Source: Octopus vulgaris (Eukaryota). Taken from it: a stretch of DNA of 64,000 nt. Made by a program: the position numbers and the translations under genes. Positions 1 to 12,858 of this stretch are shown piece after piece (within the stretch, counting starts at the first letter, position 1; the number at the start of each line of letters is the position of its first letter). Under the pieces are notes generated by a model, which was given only the letters and a program-made list of their open reading frames with translations, had not been told where the DNA came from and ran no database searches. Location of the stretch: NCBI GenBank assembly GCA_951406725.2, contig OX597826.1, positions 53,258,001 to 53,322,000 on the forward strand, in the 5' to 3' direction.

Positions 1-1178
1 TTCTTGTTTGTCCTCTCTGTGTTTAGCCCCTTGTGGGTAGTAAAGAAATAGGTACTTTACGTTGTGAGTTCAAATTCCGCTGGGGGTCGACTTTGCATTT
101 CATCCTTTCAGGGTCAATAAAATAAGTGCCAGCCAAGTGCTGGGGCGGTGTAATCGACTTAACCCCTCCCTCGAAATTACTGGCCTTGTACAAAATTTGA
201 AGCCAATATTTTGCGTAAGTTACTGCGAGATGACGCTTGATTTAGTGTAAGATGGCAATTTATTGCCCGGGAATTTAGTATTGATACGTAATTATTATGA
301 TTCATAATGTCATAGCTTATACTCAAGGAGTGTAGCCTAGTGGTTAGGGTGTTTGGCTCATGATTATATGGTCGAGGGTTTGGTTCCCAGATTGTGCGGT
401 GTGTTGTGTCCTAGAGCAAGACCCATAATTTCACCTTGCTCTCGTCAACACATTTAAAAATGAATACCAGCGGACTACTGGTGCATCTTTCCCCCTCTCT
501 CACTCCCTCTGTATCTCCCCCCCTCTCTCTCTCTCTCTTCCCAACTGTCACGTCTTCGATGTTTCCACGTTTTTGATGTTTCGCTGGAGCAGAGATTGAT
601 GGCGATGTTCTGTCTGTTCGACACCTAAAACAATTAGAGGAAGCAGGATAGAAGCTACAAGGTTATAATCGCTTGCGAGTAGCGGCTAAGTTTATTGCGT
701 TTGTACTACAGTTTTCTGAAAGACAACTGTGCAAACGGCCATGAGACGTAGTATTATACAATTCTGAATGTTTACATTCAATTAACACATGCACACGCAC
801 GCACATTCTTACACAAACACACACATACATATATATTCCATACACAATCAAACAGACTCCAAGAGACTTGTGTTGGTCTGCGTTGGCACGGCTTATTTTA
901 TATTGTGTACATGAACACACCTACATAGTTTTTTATTTAATGTCATTTCAATACACACACACACACACACACACACACATCTATATATATGTATATATGC
1001 TGCATCATCGCAGCGACCCACAATGATGAGGTCTTGAAATAACTTCGCGATTATTATATTTCCAAATAAAAGGCCAAAAACTTACAAAAGTTTCCAGCAC
1101 GTGAATTAATTATATTGTATTGTTTCAAATGTTCTTTTAAAAAATCATTTATGCATTTTAAAATATTATATAGTTTTA

Positions 1179-1221
<43 letters not shown>

Positions 1222-1835
1222 TGCACACACATACACACACAAATGCACACATACGCAAACGCAGACACATACGCACACAAACACAAATACACATACACAC
1301 ACATGACCAGCTCTTGTTTGGTAGAGATGGTGTTATCTCAAATATAATGAATAGCATTACATATACGTATGTGATGGTATGTTATAACATCAATCATTAT
1401 ACATGTTATTATAGCACAGCTATCTATCTATCTATCTATCTCTGTGTGTGTATGTATGTGTGCATGTGTGTGTGTACATAGTAAACTGGGATGCGATCAA
1501 TCATGATCTTTCACAAGTTGATTGGGCCTTCTCGCACGCACCCTCCACCAACATAAACACATCATGACAGACATTTGTAGATATTGTAACAAATATATAT
1601 GCAAAACATACTCCATTACGATCAGTATACAAACCTAAAGCAGAATCCCTAGAAATAGAAGAGCAATTATCAGAAAAAATAAAAAGAATTAACAAGAAAA
1701 TCAACCAATTTAAATACTGGGGTGGTGGGATGTGAGGGTGGGGTGTGGGTTTGGGGTGATGATATGGATGTAGGGGTGGAGGGAGCTAATTCACTGTTAT
1801 TAAGAAAACGTTTTGCAAAAGTTACAAAAGTTTAA

Positions 1836-2055
1836 CCCTTTAGTGTTTAAACCGGGCATATCTGGCCTAAATATTCTACATGTCTTATATTCAAATGGGT
1901 TATATCTAGCCTCTCGCACTTAACTTACATTGACACTTCAAAAATAAACAATCACATCATTGAAACCTCAAAGCTATAAGATAATGCATGATTAATTAAA
2001 AACAATTTGAGTGAAAAATTATCACATTTAACAGAATAATCTGAACACTAAAGAG
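1836..2055. mobile_element. piggyBac-like MITE
   Basis: TTAA-CCCTTTAGTGTT ... AACACTAAAGAG-TTAA, i.e. a TTAA TSD with short TIRs. Confidence 0.75.
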
Positions 2056-3313
2056 TTAAAGTTTGACAATTTTTACCCAGTTAGAAAACAGGATTTTGAA
2101 GCTGTCATTTTGTGCGTGACTGTAGGTGTTGCCAACTGTAAACAAATGAAATATCAGCGGAGTTCTGTTTTAAGCACACCATATAACACCCATAACCTTT
2201 TGACTTTTTTGGAATTTTCAGAAAATTTGTGCAAATTTGTATTTTACACACGGAAATTCATAATATTATGAAAAAAAAAAAAAAGAAGAAAAGAAAAATT
2301 AGTGCGTGATTTGCAAACGACAGGCTTCTTTCAGTTTCCGTCTACCAAATCCACTGAAAAGGTTTTGGTCGGCCCGAGTCTATAGTAAAAGACACTTGCC
2401 CAATGTGCCACGCAGTGGAACTGACTCCGGAACCGCGCACGCGCGCGCGTGTGTGTGTGTGCGAGCATGCGTGTGTACGCATGTTTATATGTATATGTGT
2501 GTAAATATATGTGTAAATATACATATATTATGCGTCTATATATATGTGTGAGTAAGAATGTACTTATTTATGTATGTATACATGTATGTGTATGTATGTA
2601 TTTTTGCATGTATGTACGTATGAATATACGTACGTACGTATGTATGTATGTATGTATGTATGTATGTATGTATGTATGTATGTATGTATGTATGTATGTT
2701 TGTATGTATGTATGTATGTATGTGAGTACGTACGTACCTATGTATGTATGTATGTATGTATGTATGTATGCATGTATGTGAGTACGTACGTACCTATGTA
2801 TGTATGTAGGTAGGTATATATGTAAGTACGCATATACATATGTATGTATAATATGTAGGTAGTTAGGTACGTATGTATGTATGTACGTATGTATAATATA
2901 TATTGTTATGACGAACACACTTTTGAAAGAAAACAGTCAAGGATATCATGACACAGTTGTTTCCACTCTTGAAGATATAATTGTTGACGAAAAAGTCAAT
3001 AGAATTCACGTTTAGCTGGGACTTTTAATGGACGATACCACTAAAATAAACAAACAGAGGCAAGGATATAGTTTCAACGGATGACAGTTCTGAGTAGTGA
3101 GTTCTGGGTGGAGTTTTTAGTGTAGGATTTTGGAAATGAAGCATATGTCCAAAGGAAGGATGTATATGTTATTATGGAGAGGCGGAAGCCATTGTAACAG
3201 CGGTAGAGGAGACGGAGATGGAGGTAAGATGTGAGTGAGTGACTTTGTTCCTCAGTTGGGTGGCCCCTTTGTGTTGCAGTGCGTATGCACAAGTACATAT
3301 ATATATTTTCTTG

Positions 3314-3355
<42 letters not shown>

Positions 3356-3589
3356 CATAGTCATGGAAAAGCTATTCAATTTTCCTCCAGTTCGTTTCAG
3401 ATACGTAATATTGATAAGCCACAAAAATGGCGATACTTCGATGTCCATCCCTCATGAATGAGACTTTGGATGGGTTGTCTTTCAGGTGTTTTAACTCCCG
3501 GCACTTTGAGAAGGTCACTTCCACCGCGTTGAATCGCAGCCGACCGGCAAACTAGCAAAACTAGCATTGTGTATGTATGTTCGATATAC

Positions 3590-3656
<67 letters not shown>

Positions 3657-3738
3657 TGTATTGAATCATTAACCCTTACGCATTTTTTTTCTCTCTCCAT
3701 GTTTTTTTCGTTCTCTTTCCATTTTCCTCTTCTCAATC

Positions 3739-3774
3739 CTTTCTGTCTAAGAGCGTAGGCTCGAAATGTCAAAG
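3739..3774 (+). ncRNA. Hammerhead-like variant, second copy of the 28209 family
   Basis: CUUU CUGUCUA A GAGC guag GCUC GAA AUGU C AAAG. Confidence 0.5.
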
Positions 3775-4178
3775 ACTTTTCCACTCTTCCCGAATGTCAA
3801 ACTAATACACCTGCTTCTTGCTTCCTCGCCCGTCTTCGTATTTTGTTTTCTGTAAATTCGAACTCTGTGCGTGTGTGTGTGGGAGGGGGACGTTGCCTAG
3901 TGGTTAAGGTAATGCACTCACTATTGCTAAATCATGGGTTCGATTCCAGGAAAGGGTGGCGTGTTGTGTCCTTGAGCAAAACACTTCATTTCAAGTTACT
4001 CCAGTCCACTCAGTTGTAAAAGGATATTCCTGAGACGGCTTAGCTTTCCAATCAGGGGAAATTTTAACCTGCTTGCTTAGCTACCGGGAAGGGGTCATTC
4101 GAAAGCTAAAACAATATGAAGCGCATTGTGACCAGCGCCGTATAACAACATCCGATAGTCTGGTCGATACCATGACAC

Positions 4179-4237
<59 letters not shown>

Positions 4238-5171
4238 CATGTACGTATATTTGTACTTGTTTATGCATTTATTTTGTTTTTTTTTTTGTTGTTGAGCTCA
4301 GTTCAGCTTGGAATGTGTAGACAAATCATCAAAGCCTATCACCTATCCGTGACTATATATATATCAACAATTTCATTGACCGTAGTACTCAACTGATGTT
4401 AATTTCATCGACCTCAAACTAATGAAAAGTAAAGTCAACCTCGGCGGCATTTGAACTCAGAACGTAAAGACGGACGAAACGACGAAATGTTGCAAAGCAT
4501 TTTATCCCACGCGTAGTAGTTCTGTCAGCTCGCCATCTTAACACTCACACACACACACACACACACACACACAAGAAATAATAGATGCAGACTGCATTCC
4601 AAATCTTTCACAAGTTATGGCATTCAGTAAGAATATAATTAGTCAAGGATGGAAAAATATTGGGAAGAATCAAAAGATTAGCTATTAAACATTAATCCTC
4701 CATTATCTCTCAGCATACAAAACGTATCAGATATTAAAATTACCAGACTTTGTTGGTTTCAAACAAGCTATTTTCCTTTGAACTATATTCTATCGCGAAC
4801 AAGCCATATGGAATTACAGTTATTTATTCAAATACTTTATGACATTTGTTTCAATCCAACAGAGACAGAGCATTCTAAAATTGGTCTAAAAATGGCTGCT
4901 AAGTCCGGCGGTGAAATATAATTTCAGGGATCCACAACCATAAATAAGATCTTCCAATTCATGAATGCTACAGAAACATTTACCAACAAGAACATTCAAC
5001 TGTTCTTTATCTCTACTGCTTTCTTCCTCTTCTGCTTTTGTTTATTGATTTTTGTTTCTTCTATATAAGGGATATTATAAACCTTCCCCAGTCTATCATG
5101 ACTTACCAGCTATAAACGAACGTTTAAATTTGTTTAAATAAATATATAAATGATTAAATAGTTTAAATTAT

Positions 5172-5550
5172 AAATAAGAGCACTCAGAGAGCGCAAACCT
5201 CCCCCAAGGCAACACCAACGTCTTCTCAAGGATTAGCCAGTGATGATATTTAAAATGAGAATATCTGAAATAAACTCGACTGCTCTCACAAACGAAAATG
5301 CTAAAAATGAATCCGACCGCTCTCAAAAATTAAGTAAAAAAACAAAATAAAAACAGGAAAAATAATCCAGAATAGTTGTCCGGTACCGGATCGACCCCAA
5401 AATCTAATCAGTTCGTGCCAGTCACGAAGCCAAAAATCCCTGAAAGTTTCATCCGAATCCATCCAGCGGTTCTTGAGATATCTTATCGACGGACAAACAA
5501 ACACGACTGAAAACAATACCACTGCCTTACCAAAGGCGGAGATAATAATA
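5172..5550 (-). mobile_element. Helentron-associated (HINE/DINE-1-like) non-autonomous element
   Basis: The minus strand starts TTATTATCTCCGCC, contains ATCTCAAGAACCGCTGGATGGATTCGGATGAAACTT, and ends with the subterminal inverted GGGGGAGGT plus hairpin GCGCTC-TCT-GAGTGC and a T-rich end. Confidence 0.65.
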
Positions 5551-5790
5551 GTCCAGCTGAGTTCTTTTAATTTTTATTCTGCTTTCGGTGAAACTGTTTA
5601 AAGAAAGACTGTAATTTACGACTCTCCAGCGTTTATAACTAAATTCGGCATGTTTATAGATGTAGTAAGGACTCAAATCCATAGAAGTGTTCATAGTATA
5701 TCATAGGGGTTGTTATTTCATAGAAATTTTTGGCTATTATGTCTAGCAAATCGATGATTATTCAGAGGCTGATATCAATATTTGATGCTC

Positions 5791-5830
<40 letters not shown>

Positions 5831-5880
5831 GTCTATCTGTCCGTCTGTCTATCTGTCTGTCGGTCTGTGTGCATATCGAT

Positions 5881-5935
<55 letters not shown>

Positions 5936-6190
5936 CATATGGCCGAAACAGCTGTAAGATGTAATCTATTCTTATATTTATATTCTCTTTTTTATATATA
6001 TTCTACTTATTATACAACATTAATCTTTTATGTACACTTTTTTACGTACATTCCTTTGTGTACACTGATTTGTTCTGCTTTTTTATGTTTAACCCTACAG
6101 TCTCTTATGTGGTGGTTTAATAAAGTATGTGATTGAGTATTATCTGATAATTGATATTTGATTTAGATGTATTTCTCCATTTTCTTATCT

Positions 6191-6225
<35 letters not shown>

Positions 6226-6270
6226 TTGTATATATATATATATGTACTTGTATATATATATGTATGTACT

Positions 6271-6315
<45 letters not shown>

Positions 6316-6338
6316 TTGTATATATATATGTATGTACT

Positions 6339-6374
<36 letters not shown>

Positions 6375-6397
6375 AGTACATACATATATATATACAA

Positions 6398-6438
<41 letters not shown>

Positions 6439-6507
6439 AGTACATACATATATATATATACAAGTACATATATATATATATACAAGTACATATATATATA
6501 TATACAA

Positions 6508-6556
<49 letters not shown>

Positions 6557-6764
6557 TATGCATATACGTACGCACGCACACGCACACACGCATAGAGCAA
6601 GAGAGAATACGTGTCAAATAGATGAAGACGTTAACGATGCATTTGACCTGAAATATTTAAACATCTGTCACTAAGAAAGTTTGGGGGAAGCCGACGCGCG
6701 CGGGCGTTTGCGTGTGTGTGTGAAAGTCAGAAAGGAGGATAGAAGAGGAAGAAGAGAGATAGAT

Positions 6765-6817
<53 letters not shown>

Positions 6818-7220
6818 GGGGCAACTGTGCAATATAGCGGTTTATTCTGACCGTTAGATTTACAATAAGTATGCGATGTGGGTGGTTGTATGCCTTACAC
6901 GTTATAACATAAAGTGTGTCTCGGCGAGAACTGCTGTGTCAGTTAAGTGCCTAAGTAGTCTGTGAGGGGGTGTTTAAAGACGTTATGAGTTTTGTCTTGA
7001 AAAGATAACCACACCCATTAATTCATTGACCGAATATTTTAATGGTTTTTTTTTGGGGTTTTTTTTTTTGTAGTTTTAGTTTTAGTCATTCCACCTGCAA
7101 GTTGTTGTATTTGCGCCAATTTTATTGAGAATGGCGGGATAGAAAAAATTTAAAAGTTTCCGCTCGCATATATGTGCATATCTGTGGATATCTGTATGTG
7201 TGAATGTGTGTTCATATATA

Positions 7221-7255
<35 letters not shown>

Positions 7256-7276
7256 GTTTGTATTCACTCAGTCTAA

Positions 7277-7343
<67 letters not shown>

Positions 7344-7462
7344 CATATACATATATACATATGTATATACATATACATATATACATATGTATATACATAC
7401 ATATATATGTACATGTATGTAAGTATATATATATATATATATATATATGTACATGTATGTAA

Positions 7463-7507
<45 letters not shown>

Positions 7508-7605
7508 CATATATATTTATTATATAGAAGGAGCTTCTACAGGACTAGAACTGTTTCATTCAAGAGAATTTACTGTGGTTAACCCCGAATCAACCCGGGA
7601 CCTAC

Positions 7606-7732
<127 letters not shown>

Positions 7733-7842
7733 ATATGTACTATTACATTCTGTCTAGAGTGAGGGCCGTGTACTGAAATAGCTTGATATTCAAAGGTCCA
7801 TGACTATTTAATACATTACCTTGCCAAAACGTCTAAGAGGTC

Positions 7843-7973
7843 CAGTTCTATATTTAAAAGATGAGGAATTACGTACATTATTTACATTTGACGGACATAA
7901 TGGTGTAGTGGTTAAGAGCGCGGGCTACTAACCCCAAGATTCCTAGTTCGATTCCAGGCAGTGACCTGAATAC

Positions 7974-8014
<41 letters not shown>

Positions 8015-8164
8015 TCGAAAAATACCTTAGGAATGAGAACCCAGATACGAAATTTCCCCAAGACACCTGATGAAGGCTGGAGGGTATATCAGCCGAAACG
8101 TTGTGTTAACAACTAACAAGATGAGGACAAATATCCGTCAATTGTAAATAATGTAAATAATGTA
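7843..8164 (+). mobile_element. tRNA-headed, hammerhead-containing SINE-like retroelement with a 5' inverted copy of its own tail
   Basis: tRNA-like head ~7897-7965 (A-box-like TGGTGTAGTGG, B-box GTTCGATTCC), then (TAA)n, then HHR 8062-8107. A 22-bp inverted repeat (7874-7895 / 8134-8155) has 1 mismatch. Candidate TSD TCTAAGAGGTC 7832-7842 / TCTAAAAGGTC 8165-8175. It interrupts a LINE fragment. Confidence 0.8.
8062..8107 (+). ncRNA. Type-I minimal hammerhead ribozyme motif
   Basis: GACAC CUGAUGA A GGCUG-(10 nt)-CAGCC GAA ACGU U GUGUU. Core intact, helix I GACAC/GUGUU, helix II 5 bp, loop-less palindromic helix III (ACGU), GUU triplet. Confidence 0.85.
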
Positions 8165-8873
8165 TCTAAAAGGTCTACATGGAGTAGAGGTATATGTTTT
8201 CAAGAAAGAACTTGACCTCCTGATGTCCAAGGTCCCTGACGAACCTACATCATAGCAAGAAACCCGAAGGACGGCAGCAATATCGAATTCCCTCCTTCAC
8301 CAATACCCAATCACAAAAGCATGGCAACAGCTTTTGAGCTGAAACCTAAAAAAGAATAAAAGTATATCTGTGTGTCTGTATGTGTGTGTATGTGGATGGA
8401 TCTGGATGTGTGTGGGCGTGAGTGTGTGGGTGTACGCATGTATGTATATGTATGTAAATAACATAATTGAACTACAAATTTATTGACTTAGTACGTGAGT
8501 GGGTGAGCAATCCACTGACACGTGTACCTTTAACATAATTCTGGGGCCGTATCAGGGTAGCACAATGTGTCACAGAGCCGTAACTTCCAATTACAGGTAC
8601 AATCCAACCGACAGGCTTCCGCGCAGTTTCCGCCTCTCCCAATCCACTGACAAGGTCTAGATCGATCCGACGCGACGCTATGTTAAAAGATACAGCCTTT
8701 CATCCGATGCATTGGGAACGAAACCGAACCTCATGATTGCTGAGCGAACTACATAACCTTTCAGCCACGCTTCATCCATCAGTAGATACACACGCGCGCC
8801 CACGCACACATATGCACTCACAGAGACTTGCACGCAGAACGGAAATACACACACACGCACACACATATATACA

Positions 8874-9518
8874 CAGAGTGGTCACAAGGTCATACACCAT
8901 GGGAGATATCAAGTATGCTTTATTACCAATGAAGTAGATAATCCATTACAAATGTTCGAAGTGTTGGCCATGTAGTTCTAAACAAGTGTTTATACGGAAT
9001 TTCAAATTGCGATGAACCCTCTCAAATAACTCTTCATTGCCGTTGACTTGTTCACACGCTTCGATAATTCTTTGAAGAAGATGTCCTTGGTCACGAGTCT
9101 TTTCAGAATACACGAGGGATTTAATGTAGCCCCAGAAGAAAAAGTCCATGGGAGTTAAATCTGGTAACCGTGGTGCCCCATTCAATTAGCCTGGAAAATG
9201 ATCATTCTGAAAATCATGAACCTGTAATGAATAATGGGTCGGAGTCCCATCCCGCTGAAACCAGACAGGATTCTCCCCTTCCAAGTGAATGCAAATGAGG
9301 CATCATCTTGTTGCCAAGCATGTCCAAATACGAATCACCTGTTACAGAGCCCTCAAAATTAAATGGTCCAATTACTTGATTGTGCCAAATCCCACACCAC
9401 ACTTATTACCTTGGTTTGTGAGTAATATCGGCAGTTGTGAAAAGAGATAAAAGAAAACAGAGAGAATGTTAGCAATTTCACATATTGCAGGATGGTGCGA
9501 GGCTTTGTGGCGACCCTG
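8874..9518 (-). mobile_element. Degraded, internally deleted Tc1/mariner-superfamily transposon
   Basis: Frameshifted transposase pieces WCGIWHNQVIGPFNFEGSVTGDSYLDML and PRLPDLTPMDFFFWGYIKSLVY. Decayed TIRs CAGAGTGGTCACAAGG / CTTTGTGGCGACCCTG-TA. Confidence 0.85.
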
Positions 9519-9535
9519 TATATATATATAATGCG

Positions 9536-9790
9536 TGGAGATGCGTGGCTTAGTGGTTAGGGTGTCAGCATCATGATCGTAAGATTGTGGCTTCGATTCA
9601 TGGACCGGGCGACGCGTTGTGTTCTTGAGCAAAGCACTTCATTTCACCTTGCTCCAGTCCACTCAGGTGGTAAAAATGAGTAACGCTACAATGGACTGGC
9701 ATCTCATCCAGCTGGGGAACACATACGCCATTGAAACCGGGAAACCGGGCCCATGAGCCTGGCTAGGCTTTAAAAAGGGCGCATTTATTT
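9536..9790 (+). mobile_element. tRNA-derived SINE family C representative
   Basis: GTGGCTTAGTGGTTAGG...TTCGATTC...GTTGTGTTCTTGAGCAAAGCACTTCATTTCAC. Related copies at ~326-480, 3887-4184, 25200-25332(-), 36035-36175(-), 50478-50600(-) and 53433-53706. Confidence 0.8.
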
Positions 9791-9969
9791 AATATATATA
9801 ATGCACTGTTTCGTGATAGATAATTCAACAAAAAAGTACTCCATCTGGTGAGAGATAAATATCATTTAATTAAAGGGCACAATACATGTATTAAAGCGCT
9901 ACTAATAGTTTTATATGTTGAGAAATACTATCATTCAATTTTTTTTCAGTTCGTTATGATATGTGGTTT

Positions 9970-10023
9970 GCGCCTGAAGAATATGTTTTAGTATTTCTCA
10001 ACGAAGGGAACTATTAATTGCGC
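9970..10023 (+). ncRNA. Decayed hammerhead motif within fold-back 9864-10061
   Basis: GCGC CUGAAGA AUAUGUU...AACGAAGG GAAC UAUUAAUU GCGC. The inverted left arm supplies AACAUAU aAAAC UAUUA GUA GCGC, which reconstructs helix II and the GUA site. Confidence 0.55.
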
Positions 10024-10227
10024 TTTTATGCATAAATTGGTATTGTGCCCTTTAGTTAAATCATGTGTGTGTGTGTGTTTGTGTGGTAAGAAGTTTGCTT
10101 CCCAAACAAGTGGTTCCGGGTTCAGTTACAATGTGTGGTACCTTAGGCAAGTGTCTTCTACTGTAACCTTGTGCCGACCGAAGTCTTGTGAGTGGATTTG
10201 GTAGACGGAAACTGAAAGAAGCCATTC

Positions 10228-10277
<50 letters not shown>

Positions 10278-10305
10278 ATATACATACATACATACATACA
10301 TGTGT

Positions 10306-10369
<64 letters not shown>

Positions 10370-10586
10370 TTATCCTCCCTTTACCGCTTCAGAAACGGTG
10401 GTGGTGTGCTTACGTTGCCCGTAACTTAGAAACCGATAGGATTAGTACTAGGCTTAAAAAAGAAGTCCTGGGTCGATTTGCTCGACTAAAACCCTTCAAG
10501 ACGGTGCTTCAGCACGGCTATAGTCAAATGACTGAAACAAGTAAAAGAAAAAGAATACAGACACGCACACACACACATATACACAC

Positions 10587-10637
<51 letters not shown>

Positions 10638-10660
10638 TATGTTAAATAAAATGAAACATA

Positions 10661-10708
10661 GTCTTACAGCTGTTTCAGGGATATGAGGGATATCCCCTCA
10701 TCAGAGAC
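10661..10708 (-). ncRNA. Type-I hammerhead ribozyme motif (canonical core)
   Basis: Minus strand reads GUCU CUGAUGA GGGGAUAU cccuc AUAUCCCU GAA ACAGCUGU A AGAC. All core nucleotides present, 8-bp helix II, palindromic helix III, GUA triplet, helix I GUCU/AGAC. Confidence 0.9.
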
Positions 10709-10787
10709 GATATGAGAGTGTTAAATAGAGGGAAATAATAGAGTTCAATATAGGAAGTTATTTATATATATGTATATACATACATAC

Positions 10788-10830
<43 letters not shown>

Positions 10831-11080
10831 AATACAAATTCACATAGTTTCTCTTTCTCTCTCTCACACACACACACTCACACACACACACATATACATG
10901 TATGCAAACATGTATATATACACATGTATGCATATATACATATATAATATACATAAATCTGGAATTACGTACCAACCGCCCCTTAAACAAATTTCATTCA
11001 TCTGGTAGAGACACACAAACATATCCAGTGTTACATAAACAACAGTTATAGACAACTCAGCCCCACACCCACACATACTG

Positions 11081-11177
<97 letters not shown>

Positions 11178-11288
11178 ATAAATATACACACGCACATGAC
11201 ACACACAAGTGTGAGTGTGTGCATATATATATATGTACATATATATACATACATAATAGAAGAAGATGTACGTTACGCCGCAATAATA

Positions 11289-11488
11289 TATGTATAAAAA
11301 TTATATATAAAAATACAAAATGGGACAAGAACGCAAAACACACAAAGAGACGACACAAAAAACGGACGGGTCATTCGAAGCCTCTAATCTTCAGTCAGGA
11401 ACCGGATCATCCTCGCAATTTCGGCTGATGTCGTCTCTTTGTGTGTTTTGCGTTCTTGTCCCATTTTGTATTTTTATATATGATTTTT

Positions 11489-11495
<7 letters not shown>
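11289..11495. repeat. Fold-back element (67-bp arms) between microsatellites; family also present in direct form at ~42828-42995
   Basis: Arms 11289-11355 and 11429-11495 are reverse complements with about 1 mismatch. Spacer plus left arm is the reverse complement of the 42828-42995 unit. Confidence 0.9.
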
Positions 11496-11541
<46 letters not shown>

Positions 11542-11736
11542 CATCTTATAATCATCTCATAATAATGACTTTTATGACTCTAATTACTACCTCAGTCAAT
11601 CTAAATGTATATATTTGTCACTACCTGTCATAAATAGCCTTTTTTTTTTATTTGCAATGTGCATTTTCGTTGATTTTTCATATTTTACCCTTACATTTCC
11701 ACGTGTATTTTATATTTTCTTTTTTTAACATATTTA

Positions 11737-11782
<46 letters not shown>

Positions 11783-12005
11783 TAAGCTATAAAGGGTTTG
11801 GCAACGAATTGCCTTACCACATACCGAATTTAGAAATAGCAGTCAAAGAGTTATAGCTATTTCTTCTACTAAAAAGGGAGATCTCAGTAAAAACACAGTA
11901 AAACAATTAAGATTCAAATGAATTCAAATGGATGCGGTACTTAACTTAGATGCACCCGAATTCTTTATGGTATTAACCATAAAAATATATGGGGTGATTA
12001 AAGCC

Positions 12006-12089
12006 AAGAAAAAAGTAACAAGAATGGATCAGTAAATTCGGTACAACAATTGTACCGAATTACTGATCCATTCTTGTTACTTTTTTCTT
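12006..12089. repeat. Near-perfect 84-bp palindrome next to (TA)n
   Basis: AAGAAAAAAGTAACAAGAATGGATCAGTAAATTCGGTACAA [CAA] TTGTACCGAATTACTGATCCATTCTTGTTACTTTTTTCTT, with one bulge. Confidence 0.9.
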
Positions 12090-12211
12090 AACTATATATA
12101 TATATATATATATTGGTAAAACGGTAAGATAACAAAAGAAAGAGACCTCAATATTATGTAAATAGAGGAAATTTATCTATACAATAATATGTTACATTAC
12201 TCGATAGTCAA

Positions 12212-12269
12212 GATAAAACTCTGAGTTTCAGATGCCGAAGTGGGAATCCACGACATCTCTTCGGTTATC
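12212..12269 (-). ncRNA. Type-I hammerhead motif (U4C), second copy of the 53848 family
   Basis: Minus strand reads GAUAA CCGAAGA GAUGUCG...CGGCAUC U GAA ACUCAGAGU U UUAUC. The surrounding unit ~12115-12300 is homologous to ~53745-53940. Confidence 0.7.
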
Positions 12270-12329
12270 TGGCTATTTGAAAACACTATGAAAAAATACC
12301 ATATATATATATATGCACATACACACATT

Positions 12330-12390
<61 letters not shown>

Positions 12391-12620
12391 TACACATACG
12401 AATGTATTCATACCATCACATGCTTACACAACAAATAAATCTGGCCAAATTATTTTCGCTTGTTGTTTTCCTTCCTTTTCTTTCCGTATCTATTTTTCCC
12501 TCACTCTCTCGCTCCCTTTCCCTCCCCCCTGTTTTTTCTCCACCTCCACTAGTTTTTTCTCTTCTTCGTCTTCTTTCATTTTCTCACTTCACCCCCACCC
12601 CAATGTTTATTTATTACGAT

Positions 12621-12657
<37 letters not shown>

Positions 12658-12775
12658 CGTATTTTTTTCTATTCATCTTATGTGTGTTTAGCAAGTTCTT
12701 CGTGTGTCTCTCTTTTTCTGATCACTCATCTCTCGTTTTCTTTCTTTTTCTCTCTCTCTCTGTCACACATTCACA

Positions 12776-12851
<76 letters not shown>

Positions 12852-12858
<7 letters not shown>

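Larger units (their letters stand above)
7770..8305 (+). mobile_element. CR1/L2-like LINE ORF2 C-terminal remnant, split by the 7843-8164 insertion
   Basis: Left part reads FKGP*LFNTLP. Right part reads LKGLHGVEVYVFKKELDLLMSKVPDEP...AAISNSLLHQ. Both resemble typical ORF2 C-terminal motifs. Confidence 0.65.

Noticed and set aside
1023-1050. Hammerhead-like ATGATGAGGTCTTGAAA
   Set aside because: C3 is missing and there is no convincing helix I or III, so it is compatible with chance.
7897-7965. Functional tRNA gene (loop CTACTAA)
   Set aside because: The acceptor stem is poor, there is no oligo-T terminator, and it is embedded in a retroelement. Treated as a SINE head, as are the other tRNA-like heads.
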